57,315 nt of DNA from Carcharhinus longimanus (taxonomy: Eukaryota). This document shows, in pieces, positions 38,329-51,044 of this stretch. The notes below the pieces were generated by a model. The model saw only the letters and a program-made list of their open reading frames with translations. It made no database searches and was not told the DNA's origin. The DNA lies in the NCBI GenBank assembly GCA_030264375.1, contig JASCQW010000032.1, positions 30,356,095 through 30,413,409 on the forward strand, given 5' to 3'. Every line of letters starts with the position of its first letter. Within the stretch, counting starts at the first letter, position 1. Both the position numbers and the translations under genes were made by a program.

Positions 38329-40811
38329 NNNNNNNNNNNNNNNNNNNNNNNNNNNNNNNNNNNNNNNNNNNNNNNNNNNNNNNNNNNNNNNNNNNNNNNN
38401 NNNNNNNNNNNNNNNNNNNNNNNNNNNNTCTTATTGAATGGCGGGGCAGGCTCGAAGGGCTAGATGGCCTACTCCTGCTCCTATTTCTTATGTTCTTATG
38501 ACATTATGGGGTCAACTTTACAAGTTAGCGTTCCTGGCTCAGAGCTCTGTAGGTCTTAATTTTAATGACCAGAAAATCATTTGTTGCACTAACTTCCAGC
38601 ATTCGCAGTATTTTGCTTTGACTTTAGCCTCTAATTCCGTGGCCATCTTTGCAGCTTGTCCTTTTGTTGCGCAAGGCTTTGAACTTGAATGAATAATTTG
38701 TAAAATGTGTCCACATGCAACATATACATGCAGGTAATCAATAACATATATGTAATAACAAATGTAGAAGCCCTCCAGATCATACATAAATTTTCTTAGT
38801 CCATACGAATTGCTTTGTTATAAATTAAACACTCATCTTTGATATTCAGTTGTGTTTTGAGTGGATAACTTGCAACTGATGAAAATCACATGCACTTTTT
38901 CATTGCACTTACACAGCTGAAATGCTGAAAGGGCAAATCATTGGGCGCCACTTTGAAAAGTTGGGCTTGTGGCCAAGATCAGTGAATTGATTGCAAGTGC
39001 TTTACTCTGCTTTTCCTATTTAACTAAATGTTTTAAGAGAACTTAAAACTGGCTTCTTGGACACACATTTGGGCATATGCCAATAGGGACATTCTTGGAT
39101 GCAGGCTGGAATTGGGGAATGGTGGCCGAAAATGAGATACATTGAGCAGTAAAAGGAGTGTACAAGCACTTGAATAGGCAGAAATGGGAGCAGGAGGATG
39201 GAGGTAAAGAGAACGACACAGAAATTTTATAAAATAGTTCCTCAGTTGCAAATTCAGAGAAAATAGAATCGTAGAAATTTATTACACAGGAACCCATTTG
39301 GTACATCATCTCCATGCCATCTAAATGCTAAGTAACACATCCTACTTTCCAACTGTGGTCTATAGCCTTATAGATTTCACCACTTCAAGTGCATATTCAA
39401 GTAAATGTGATGAAGCATTCTACCTCCTTTCAAGCAACAAGTTCCAGATCCTTACTATCTCCTGGGTGAAAGTTTCCTCATTTCCAGTTGAATGCTTCCA
39501 TTACTTTAAATCTACACTCCCAGTTATCGACCTTTCTGCTAAGAGAAATAGATCCTTCCTACCCAGGCTCTCCGTAATTTTATACATCTTGATGAAATCT
39601 CATCTTAATCTCCATTATTCCAAAGAAAACAATCCCAGCCTGTCCTATTCTTCCTCAAAGTTAAAACTCTCCAGTCTTGACAACATCTTCATAAATCTCC
39701 TCTGTACCCACTCTAGTGTGATCACATAATGCAATAACCAGAACAGTCTGCAGTAATCTGTGATCTAACTAGTATTTTATACAATTATGGCATCGCCTCC
39801 CTGCTCTTGTATTTTATGCCTCAGCTAAAAGGGAAGTATCCTGCAGGCCTTCTTAAGCAACTTATATACCTATCCTGCTAGCTTCAGGGATTTATGGACA
39901 TGTAATATTCCTCTACATGTCTCTGTAATCTAAAATTTATTGTGTATTTCCTTGGTTGCTTGCCATCATCAAATGTATTATCTTACATTTGCTATCTTTC
40001 TGCTCACTTGATCAGTTCATTGCCATCCTGCAGTCTTGTTCACTATTAACATGACAGCCAATCTTGTATCATCAGCAAACTTCTTAATTAAACTGTCTAC
40101 TTAAGTCCAAATCATTGTTATATGCCACGAAAAACAAGGGGCTTGGTACTGTGCTCAGCCAAAGCCACCAGAAACAGCTTTTGAATTACAAAAATACATA
40201 TCAACCACTCGTCTTTGTTTTCTGTCCCAGAGCCAATTTTAGACCTAATCTGCTTGCTACTTTACCGCTGCTCCCATTTACTTTGCTGACCAGTATGCCA
40301 CGTGGGACCTTATCATAGGCCCTGATAAAATCCATATATACATCAAATGTGCTTCCCTTATTAATACTGCTTGTTACCGCCTCAAAAAATTAATTCAAAT
40401 CTCAACAAATCTCAACATGTGGATTGTCCTTGATTAATCCATGCATTTTAAATGACGAAAATACTGTCCTTCAGAACGATAACTTGTTAATATTTCATCT
40501 ATTCCTTTTTCCCTATTTAAACAATGGTACAATGTTAGCAATACTCTGATGCCACACCCCCCTGCAACCAAAGATTGGAAAATTATGATTATAGACTCCA
40601 CTAATTTCTCCTTTACTTCTCTTAATAGTAGACTGTGTCTGGGCCTGGTGGGTTACCTACTTTCAAAGATAGTAAACGCCTTATTATTTTCTCTTCTGTG
40701 TTGATCCCATCCAATATTAAATTTAATTCTAGTTTGGGAGCTGAATGGGAGGTGCAATGGCTAGTGGGTGGGCTGGAGGTCAACCTCCTTATCCTGGCCT
40801 GTCTGGCCCTA

Positions 40812-40948
40812 GTAAACACAGTAAGAAGTCTCATAACGTTTCAGAAAGCTTGTGGGATTACTATCAAATAAACTGGTTGGACTTTAACCTGGTGTTGAGA
40901 GACTTCTTACTGTGTTTACCCCAGTCCAACACCAGCATCTCTACATCT
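40812..40948 (+). mobile_element. Penelope terminal fragment with a short inverted end
   Basis: gtaaacacagtaagaagtctc ... gagacttcttactgtgtttac inverted pair; retains the gaaagcttgtg half of the hammerhead. Confidence 0.7.
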
Positions 40949-40949
40949 T

Positions 40950-41345
40950 GTTTTTGTTGGAGCAGAGAAGACTGTGGGGGCAATCTGATCAAGATTTAGA
41001 AGAGTGTGAGGGAGAATGTGGACAGAGTGGATAAGGAGCAGCTGTTCCCCTTAGTTGAAGGGTCAGTCACAAAGGGACATAGGTTTAAGGTGAGGGGCAG
41101 GAAGTTTGGGGGGGGATGTAAGGAAAGAAGAAGGTGGTGATAGGTCTGGAATGCACTGCCTGGGAGGGTGGTAGAGGCGAGTCACCTTGCATCCTTTAAA
41201 ATGTACCTGGATGACCACTTGGCACGTCATAACATTCAAGGCTATGGACCAAATTCTAGTAGATGGAATTAGGTGAGAGTTAAGGTGTTTCTCACATGTT
41301 GCTGCAGACTCAATGGGCCTCTTCTGCACTCCTGTGATTCTATGA
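40950..41345 (+). mobile_element. CR1 3' fragment
   Basis: LEQRRLWGNLIKI...VTKGHRFKVRG...WNALPGRVVEA; ends in a gattctatga tail. Confidence 0.8.
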
Positions 41346-43409
41346 AGGGGTTCACGTGCTCCTGTCTAATCGATTATCTCTTTTCTATGGAAAGTTGGAA
41401 GATTATGGCGAGCTGTTCCATTATCTCTGTCCCCACTTCCTTTTGTAACCTGGGATGTAAGCCATCAGTACCAGGTGATTTATCCACTCTAACCTGACTT
41501 TCTAGTATACCGTTTATCAATTTTAACACTATCCGTTGCCTTTACCATCTGTTTCTACTAAAATTTTGTCAGTTTCCCCTTTTCTTATTAAACACTGATG
41601 TAAAGTATTCTAGTCGTACCTTGTGAATCTAAGCATATTTGCCCTCAACAGGACCCATCACGCCTCATTGTCCATTTACTATTTACATGCTGGCAGAAGA
41701 ATTTCAGGTTCCCTTTTATGTTAATTGCCTTCCTATTATCATATTATTTTCTTTGTTAGTTTCATCTTCCTCTTCACTTACCTTTCCAATCTATTGTATT
41801 GGCCTGGTTCTTGCTTGAAGAATGCATCTGACATGCAATACACCCTCTTTTTTTCATTTCATTATATCCCCTATTGTCCTTTTGTTATCCAGGGAGCCCT
41901 GGCTTTGGTTTCCCTACCATTTCTCCTGTTGGAATGCGCCTTATCCGCACTTGAAACCATTTTATCCTTAAAGATCTTCCACTGTTCTATACAGTTTTTC
42001 CTGTTAATCTTTGGTTCCATTTTACTCTGGCTAGATCCCCTCTCATTCCACTCAAGTTAACATTCTTCCGATTACGAAGTGCTGTACTCTTCTCCATTAG
42101 CAATCTAAATCTTATGATACAATAATCGCTTTTACCTACGTGTTTCAGACTCCCAGATACTTGGTCCATTTGGCTATTTGTGTTACGATAAAAGTCACCA
42201 TGTCCCCCCAACCCCGCTTTCCAAACATGCTTGAAACAAAATTAGCCATACTAGTTTTCTTTGAAATATTTCTATATTGCAGAACAACTTTGGTTGAAGG
42301 TAAGTCTGCTTTGTAATGAAGCTGTTGGTACATTGAAAATTTCCCTGTTTGTACAGTGGGATACATTTCAGAGTAGCTGTGCATCAGAAAAATAAACAGA
42401 CAAAAAAGCAAATATTTAGAAATTATGATCACGTTTTTCTAATTGCAGCAAAGTTCATACATGTCATACTGGGTCCTGTATCATTTGATGCTCTGCGCAT
42501 TGAGTGTAGGGTTGGGGAGAATGGAGGGAGTGGCTGTGGTGTGTTTCATTGTATAACCTTGAGTAACAAACCATCTCCCCCCTCAAAAATAATCAAAGGC
42601 CTCACAAGAATGTTAACCCTCACAGCTTTAATATTTCTACATCACACAGAAATCCTTCAGACTCACTCTTCTTTGCATACAATAGTGCCTCAGTATCCCT
42701 TCCCAAGCCCCAGGTGCTATTGCCCATAACCTGTTGGGGCTGACCCCCCCCCAAGTATTGCTGTCTTCAACTATATGCCATATGACAGAATAAAGCAGAA
42801 GAATAAGAAAAATAAGAAGAGACAAGAAAGGGGAAAAGTGAGAGAAAAAAACAATACATAAAAGACAAACAAATGCAAGTGACAGAGAAGTGAGGCAAAA
42901 AAGACAGAGAAATGAAAGTGACATATCCTAAAATTCAAGCAAAATGGAGTTGAAAATTATATTGATTTATGATTCAGGATTGATTTAACCACACAAATCT
43001 CCCTTGATAGTTATGACATATTAATCAGGCCCACAGCTTCAAGTATTTACATTCAGCCCAAGCTGTCCATACCAGCATTAATGCTCCATTAAGCCTCCTC
43101 CTACCTTACTTCAATGCCACTGTCTTCCACGAGGTGGCTTGTCTTAAACATCCAACTTAAATTAACGGATACAATTGACAAAGAATCTGCCTTAAATTTG
43201 TAGCATTTACCATTATTTCTAATACATTTCCATTAGTTTTTCAGAGATAGGAGTATAACTTTTAATTGAACAACAAATTATGTTATTACTCAGTGTACTC
43301 CTGCTCCTATTTCTTATGTTCTTATGTTATGATCACTATATTATGCGTGCATAATTCACACATAGCCCTTCCTTCCAATTTCTTCAACTGAGAAACAGCA
43401 AGTATTGTG

Positions 43410-43650
43410 TCATGTTAAAGAACAAAGAACAAAATCAGCCCGGGAAACAGGCCCTTCGGCCCAACGAGCCCNNNNNNNNNNNNNNNNNNNNNNNNNNNNN
43501 NNNNNNNNNNNNNNNNNNNNNNNNNNNNNNNNNNNNNNNNNNNNNNNNNNNNNNNNNNNNNNNNNNNNNNNGCTTTAATCTTCTGTACCAACCTACCATG
43601 AGGGACTTTGTCAAACGCCTTACTGAAATCCATATAGACGACATCAACAG
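43410..43650 (-). mobile_element. CR1 copy spanning a gap
   Basis: VDVVYMDFSKAFDKVPHGRLVQKIK on one side of the gap; (ttctttg)n tail on the other. Confidence 0.85.
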
Positions 43651-44574
43651 GAGGCCACTGAGAATCAAAAACCCAAGCAGTGCATGACATTCGGAGTAGC
43701 AGCATAATGGCCACCTAACTGAAGGTCTACAATTAGAATAAATAATTCTTGCATCATCTAATGGTAGCAGGAAATATAACATTCAGAAAATATTGGGAGG
43801 GTGGTTGGTGCTGTAAGATAATGTGCTATGTTTATTGTAGTAAATTAAAGTATCAATTATGTATTCTTTCATGCTTATACAACAGTAATCACATTTAGAC
43901 AATGTTAAATAAAATGCATGTCTGCACGTACGTACGTTCACAAGTTAAATGGATGAAAGCCATCTTGTGGAAGATGACAGTATTGCAAATATTTGCTATT
44001 CACAAACTCATAAACACAAGGCTTATCTAGCTCCATGAATTAACAATTAGAGACATGTATATGGTTGAGATACTGGCAGGGTACATCAGCTGTAGATCCA
44101 AATTTGTCATAACACTTGAGAGCATGACTCAGTCAAAGGAGGAACAAACTTTTCCTGCACATGGACCAATTTTCTTTGCAGGAAATCCCCATGATGCGTT
44201 GTAACCACTGTAAATCACTAAAAAAAAAATGATTTTTTAACCGTACAGTGCAGGTCTGCAGCCTCTCAATTTATCCAGGAACAGAAAAAGATACAATTGA
44301 ATTTTTCAATCCTCTTACTGGCAAAACTCTACATCACAGATTTGCCAATGCACTGTAGAATTGAACATGGGCAGACAAAACCCAAGGCTAATTTTAAATG
44401 AAATGGAGTAAGAGGGCAACGATAAATAGATCAGGATGCAAAAACACAACTCGGTCCCAATTTTGAAATTGTACATGTATTCTCTCCTCGTATTTTGACT
44501 TGAGTTACAGTCTTTATAGCTTAATAGCAAAGTTTCTAGAAAAGTTGGTGTAAAGGAATAAAGAGTTAAACAAG

Positions 44575-45760
44575 TAACATACTGTGAATATTGGAAGTTT
44601 GAAATAAAAACAGAAAATGTTGGAAGTACTCAACAGGTTTGGAGAGAAAAACAGTTAATATTTCAGGCTGATAACTATCAGAAAACAAAACTGAGATCCA
44701 ACAGATTTTAAGCAATTACAGAGACAGGGAAAGTTGAGGGGGAAGAACTGTAATTGGGTGAAAGGCAGTGACTCAAAGGATGATGGCAAAAGACGACAGT
44801 AATGGGATAACTAAAAAGAAACAAAAATGGTCTTAGAGGAGGCGTAAATGGAATTAGCAGAATCATCATGGGCAGCTGCTGTTCAGGAAAAAACATTCTG
44901 GACAGAGATTATTGTCTGAAATTGTTGAACTCAATGTTGAGTCTGGAAGGCTGAAAAGTATCTAAATTAAAGATGAAATCCTGTTTTGAGCTTACATTGA
45001 GCTTCAATGGAACAGTGTAAGAGACAGAGTAATAATGTAGATGATCAGGAATTAATGACAAACTTAGTGTTGCAATTGCAGACAGAACAAAGGTATTCAG
45101 CAAAACCATCGCACAACAAGCATGCAATTTCCTCAACATGCAAGAGTGAGTGATGAGTGCAGTATATTAAATGGAGTAAAGTACACACAAATCAATATTT
45201 CACCAGGAAACAAGTGTTCACACATTGGATGGTGTGAATTGAAGAAATAAAAGTGCGCTGGGCTACATCACCTGCTTTTGGAATGCTACGGGAAGGTGTG
45301 TGGATGTAGGGGACAATTGAGAAGTGGAGCAGGCAATCTATAATTTAGGACATAAAGTTTAATTGGAATAAAAGATGGCTGAAAATAACTTTTCAGAAAG
45401 TATCTCTGAGAATCATTGGAATCCATTACATTTTGATAAGTTTACCTGGAAATGGGTACACACTCTAATTCAGGAAGTCAAGTGAGACAAACAGGAAGGA
45501 TGCACACATTTAAGATTTTTATGGCATTATTCGTTCAGAATGCTGAAAGGGGAGGGAGGGGAATATGTATTTGGTGATAGTGTTGAGTAAGAGGTGGTGA
45601 AAATAACAGAAGATAATTCATTGAAAGTGGAGACTGGTGGGGTGAAAGATGAGGAGGTTATTCTGGCAGGTAGTGACAGCACAAGTATAGGAACCAGAAC
45701 AGGAATGGTTGAGGCTTCCACCAACTGTAATGAAAGGGGATCATTGATTATTGAATATTT
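44575..45760 (-). mobile_element. Decayed Penelope-like element (thumb/GIY-YIG C-terminus plus terminal repeat)
   Basis: FIFNLDTFQPSRLNIEFNNFR resembles the PLE C-terminal LIFRLGTLQPxGLNIEFNNF; FHPTSL-like block near 45630-45650. Confidence 0.75.
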
Positions 45761-45774
45761 AAAATATATTAATT

Positions 45775-48390
45775 TGAGAGATGTGGGCATTGCTGGCTGG
45801 GCCGGTGTTATTGCCCATCCCTAGTTTCCCTGAAAAAGGTGCTGACAAGTTGTCTTCTTGGACCATTGCTGTCCATGTGTTGCAGGTACAGCTGCTGTAC
45901 TGTTAGGGAGTTCCAGGATCGTTCACCAGCTACAGTGGAGGAACAGTTCCAAGTCAGGATGATGTGTGACTTGAAGGGAACTTCCAGGCGGTGATTTTCC
46001 CACGTGTGTGCTGCCATTGTCCTTCTGGACACTAGCACTCGTGGATTTAGAAGGTGCTGTCTGAGGAACATCGCTGAGTTCCTGCAGTGAATCTTGCAAA
46101 TGGTACACACAGCTGCCAATTTGTCAGTAGGTGGAGAGATTGAATGTTTATGGATGGGGTACCAATCAAGTGGATGGATTGTCTTGGATGATGTTAAACT
46201 TCCTGGTGTTGTTGTAGGCAAGTGGAGAGTATTCCATCACACTCACGACTGTGCTTTGTCGATGTGGACAGGCTTTGAGGAGTCAGGAAGTGAGGCACTC
46301 ATCACAGGATTCCTAGCCTCTGACCTCCTCTTGTGGCCGTAGTATTTATTTGACTAGTTCAGTTGAGGTTCTAGTCAATGGCAAAATCCAGGATATTGAT
46401 AGTGGGTAAGGTCATTGAATGTCAAAGGGCAATGGTTAAATTCTCTCTTGTTGAAGATGGTCCTTTCCTGGCACTTGTTTTGCATGAATGTTACTTGCCA
46501 TTTGTCAGCTCAAGCCTGAATATTACCCAGGTCTTGATGCATTTGGACATGGACTGCTTCAATATCTGAGAAGTCACAAATGGTTCTAAACATTGTGTAA
46601 TTACCTCCACTTCTGACTTCCACTGATGAAGCAGCTACAGATGGTTAGGCCGAGGACACTACCCCGAGGAGTTCCTGCATGTCCTGGGGACTGAGGTGAT
46701 TGACCTCCAACAACCACAACCATCTTCCTTTGTGTTAAGTAGACTCCAACCAGTAGAGATCCTTCCCCTGATTTCAATTGACTCCAGTTTTTTTAAGGAT
46801 CCTTGGTGCTATACTCAGCTAAATGCAGCCTGATATCACGTGGAGTGAATTGATTTGGTTGAAGACTGGCACTTTGCTGCTGTGCACCAGTGAAGGAGGC
46901 CGATATGCTTTATTCACTTGGCACTTCAGGCTGAAGATAGTTGGAATGCTTCAGCCTTACCTTTTGCACTGATGTCAGCGAGAATGGGAATATTTGTGGA
47001 GGTTCCTCTTCCAGTAAGTTGTTCAATTATCTACCATCATTAATGGCTAGACTACAGAGTTCAGGTGTTGCTTGTGGACTCGCTAAGCTCTGTCTGTGAC
47101 TTGTTGCTGATGCAGTTTGGCATGCAATTAGTCCTGTGTTGCAGCTTCACCAGTTTGACACCCCATTGTTAGGTACTGCTCCTGGCATGACCACCTGCAC
47201 TCTCCATTGAACCAGGACTGATCCCCTGGCTTGGTGTTCATAATAGAGTGGGGGACATGCCAAGTCATGAGGTTATAAATTGTGGTTGAATACAATTCTG
47301 CTGCTTGCTGAAGGCCCACAGTAGCTAATGGATGCCCAGTTTTAAAGGTGCTAGATCTGTTTGAAGTCTGTCCCATTTACCATGGTAGTAGTGCCAAAAA
47401 CACAATGGTTGATATCCTCAATGTGAAGACAAGACTTTACCCCCCATAAGAACTGTGTGGTGATCTCTCCTAAAGATACTGTCATGGACAGATGCATCAG
47501 TGACACACAGCTGGTGAGGATGAGGTTTGATGTGCTTTTACCTCTTTTTGATTCCCTCATCACCTGCCACAGACCCAGTCTAACAGCTATGTCCTTTAGG
47601 ACCCCACCAGCTCAGTCAGCAGTGATGCTACCAAATCAATCTTGGTAATAGACATTGAAGTCCTCCACCCAAAGTACATTCTGGGTCCCTGTCACCCTTC
47701 AAGCTTCCTCCAAGCAGAGTTCAATGTGGAGGAATACTGATTCATCAGCTGGGGGGACTAGTACTTGGTAATCAGCAAGAGGTTTCCTTGTTTGACCTGA
47801 TGGGTCCAAAGTCTATGTTGAGGATTCCCAGGGCAACTCCCTCCTGACTGTATACCACTGTGCCACCATCTCTGCTGAGTCTGTCCTGTTGGTGGGATAG
47901 GTCATGTTGATGGTGGTGCCTGGGACATTATATGAAGGTATGATGCCAACAGTATTGTCATACTTGACTAGGCTGTGGGATAACTCTCTCAATTTTGGCA
48001 CAAGGCCACAGATATTAGTAAAGGAGGACTTTACAAGGTCAACAGGGCTGAGTGTGACATTGCTGTTTCTGGCATCTAGGTAGATGCTAGCTGATCTGTC
48101 TGATTTTATTTCTTACAGACTTTCTAGTGACTGGGATAACACTGACTGCTGGGCCATTTCAGAGTCAACCATATTGCTATGGGTCTGAAATATGGGCCAG
48201 GTCTGGTAAGGATGGCAAACGTTCTTCCCTTAAGGACACTGGTGAACCAGACGAGTTCAACAATGGTTTCACAGTCATTAGACTTCTAATTGCAGATTTC
48301 ATTCAAATCCCACCACCTGCCATGGTGGGTTTCAAACCCAAGCCCCTGGAGCATTATCCTGGTCTTTGGAATACTAGTCCAGTAACAATA
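45775..48390 (-). mobile_element. APE/RT LINE with a tRNA-SINE-like 5' head; part of RT deleted
   Basis: B-box-like gggtttgaaaccc at 48327-48339, then APE (PKLRELSHSLVK...), KPGDQSWFN, partial RT and tail. Confidence 0.8.
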
Positions 48391-48667
48391 TTGTCTCTCC
48401 CTATGTCATCATTTGTCCTCAATTGAGAATTCACCTCCACTGTTGGTGACAGAGCTCTCAACTACGAACGTTCTATTTCACAATATATTCCTGCCAGTTC
48501 ACTATCTCAGTATCCAGTTTCCTTTCATCACTCCAGCAGTCTAACTACGATTTATCTAGCTCTTTCTCTGATTGCTCGCTCAAGACTCCATATTCCCCGA
48601 ACTTCAGAGTCCGTTAAGTAAAAAACTTCAATAAATCATTGAGACACATACAATAATTCAATGGATC

Positions 48668-49000
48668 CAAAAGAAAGACTTGCACTGAAATAGCATTTTT
48701 CAGTACAACCAGATGTTTCAAAGCGATTTACAGCAATGAAGTACTTTTGAAATGTGATATTGTAGCAAACACAGCAGATAATTTACTCAGTGCAAACTCC
48801 CACAAACAGCAATGTGATAATCTGTTTTTTGTGATTTCAATTGAGGGATAAATATTGGCCAGGACATCATAGGATCTTTCATGTCCATGTGAAAGGACAT
48901 ATGGGACCTCTGTTTAACATCTCATCTGGAAGATGGCATCCCTGACAGTGCCACACTCCATTAGCAATGCACTGAAGTGCCAGCCTTGATTTTTGTTCTC
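48668..49000 (-). mobile_element. DeuSINE-type (SacSINE1/AmnSINE1-related) SINE
   Basis: cctctgtttaacatctcatctggaagatggcatccctgacagtgc resembles the recalled Deu domain (reverse strand); L2-like tail. Confidence 0.7.
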
Positions 49001-49195
49001 AGAAGTAACCTCCGATCATGCAAGTTTTATCGTTTTGGTTCACAAGCTTCACACTTGCACTTGATTAGCTGAAGACTTACTTTCATAACGAACCAACAAA
49101 TCACAAATGAGAGGATACATTCAATGAACAAGTTGCAAATGGCAAAGACAACTACCACCACGAACCAGAAGTCCACAAATCATTATCAATGGTAA

Positions 49196-49399
49196 TTTTT
49201 TTTTTTGCTTTTATTCCATTTCAATCCAATCAAGTCCTATTCAGAGTCTCAACAAGTTGAGACATTCCCGATCCAAGCTGACAAGACAGGGCTCTCACCT
49301 CTGTCTTGCGCTTGATCTACATGATCCAAACTGATTGGAGTAGGTATAGCTCATCCACCAAGGCTTGATCCCATCTGCATCTTAGCCAAAAGGCCGAGA
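49196..49399 (-). mobile_element. U2 snRNA-derived polyadenylated retroposon (SINEU-like)
   Basis: TCTCGGCCTTTTGGCTAAGAT is an exact match to U2 nt 7-27; two 48-nt GATCAAGC...TTGGATC hairpin modules; AATAAA and A11 tail. Confidence 0.75.
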
Positions 49400-49479
49400 T
49401 ACTGCTTTAAAAAATGGCTTCAAATGAAGCAGAAATGAAACATAATGACTTCAACCAAGTGCAGTAAATATGGCAGATA

Positions 49480-49785
49480 AGTGGAACGGCAAATTGTGCG
49501 GAGGGTGTGGAAAGTCTGCAGAGGGATCTAGATAGGCTGAGCGAGTGGGCGAGGACCTGGCAGATNNNNNNNNNNNNNNNNNNNNNNNNNNNNNNNNNNN
49601 NNNNNNNNNNNNNNNNNNNNNNNNNNNNNNNNNNNNNNNNNNNNNNNNNNNNNNNNNNNNNNNNNGGGGAGAAAGCGGGAAAGTGGAACTGAGCCACTTC
49701 AGATCAGCCATGATCTTGTTGAATGGCGGGGCAGGCTCGAAGATTTAGATGGCCTACTCCTGCTCCTATTTCTTATGTTCTTATA
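49480..49785 (+). mobile_element. CR1 3' copy spanning a gap
   Basis: ESLQRDLDRLSEWARTWQ; tail ctcctgctcctatttcttatgttcttat. Confidence 0.85.
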
Positions 49786-50652
49786 ACCAATACCAGTTCT
49801 GAACGCTTTTTGAGAAGTTTTGGTCACTATCTTGTTTGATCAAAAGCAATGGAACATAACATTTCAAGATTAAATCTAAACTTGTCTATGTCCCCTTGAA
49901 AGTGCATTGAAATAAGTCATGTACCCCCAAAAGTGTAACAGGAGTCTGATGCTTGGTTCACCCTCAATATTTTCCTGGTTTTTGCACTTACATGACGTGT
50001 GAAATGTTGCTATTTGTTTAATGTTTACAAATTTTTGAATATGTAAATCAATATTAGTGTAGCTATATTGCTTATCTGCATGCATATCTGAAAGGAACAA
50101 AGGGCAAACTATATTATTTAGAAGTTTCCTAAAATTGGAAAGTCCTAAAATTTAAACATGTTCAGTGAAGCAGGCTACACTTACATACATGCATGAAAAC
50201 CAAAGATAGATACCAAATCTCAAATTTTACACTCGAGTTTTGACTTTAAAAAGTACAGAACCATTTGACTGTTTGACGGCCACTGAAATCCTACAAAGTT
50301 CTTGTCAAAAAAACTTTTGAAACTAAATATTACAATTTGTATAATTGTAATCAAAACAATATATTTTATAACTCAAACAATAAAATAAACTCAGTAGAAG
50401 CTATTTGCCAGGGAACCAGAAATCTGTTCATTTAGTGCTCTGGTCAGCAGTGTTAGCTTGGCCTGAATGAAATAATCTTAGCAGCTAAATATCAAGGAAA
50501 AAGGAGAAAGAGAAAAAAGCAGAGAGGGCTTAGGGCTGCTGAACAAAAGACACAAAAATTTAGAGAACTGCATTGCACCGCAGCCTCTGCAGCTCACCTT
50601 ATTAAAAAAAAATTGACTTTGTTCTCTTTGCCCAGCTCCATTCTCTCCACTT

Positions 50653-50960
50653 ATAGAATCCCTACAGTGCAGCAGGAGGCCGTTCGGCCCATTGAGTCTG
50701 CACTGACCACAATCCCACCCAGGCCTATTCCTGTAACCCCTCATATTTACCCTGCTAATTCCTCGACACTAGGGTCAATTTAGCATGGCCAATCAACCTA
50801 ACCTGCACATCTTTGGACTATGGGAGGAAACCGAAGCACCCAGAGGAAACCCATGCAGACACGGGGAAAATGTGCAAACTTCACAGAGACAGTCATCCAA
50901 AGCCAGAATTAAACCTGGGTCCCTGGTGTTGTGAGGTAGCAGCACTAACCACTGTAGCTG
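50653..50960 (-). mobile_element. HE1-like tRNA SINE with CR1-type tail
   Basis: cagtggttagtgct head, gggtttcctctgggtgcttcggtttcctccca core, gggccgaacggcctcctgctgcactgtagggattctat tail. Confidence 0.85.
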
Positions 50961-51044
50961 GCCCACACCTATGAGTAGTGTCACAAGAAATAACTTCACT
51001 GTTGTGAAGCATCATTGGACAGCAAAGTATTCACAAAGTAAAGG

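Larger units (their letters stand above)
37555..38500 (+). mobile_element. CR1 3' portion interrupted by a Penelope fragment and a gap
   Basis: WADKWQTEFNPEKCEVIHFGRSN...VRPQLEHCVHFWSPHY...QRRFTR; tail tcctgctcctatttcttatgttcttatg (may be a separate copy beyond the gap). Confidence 0.85.
39260..42200 (-). mobile_element. Decayed CR1 region (tail at ~39260, endonuclease toward 42200) with nested insertions at ~40730-41345
   Basis: Minus-strand YMDFIRAYDKVPRG-like (~40300-40340), PPGPD (~40645) and SDYCIIRF (~42120) motifs; may be two elements. Confidence 0.7.

Noticed and set aside
38539-38787. Minus-strand 82-aa ORF with a helical-looking KMATELEAKVKAKY segment
   Set aside because: Includes a Penelope-type repeat fragment (gcaaaatactgcgaatgctggaa); no splice or homology support
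49379-49399. Functional U2 snRNA gene
   Set aside because: Only 21 nt are identical; the branch-point sequence, Sm site and 3' stems are altered or absent, and there is a poly(A) tail
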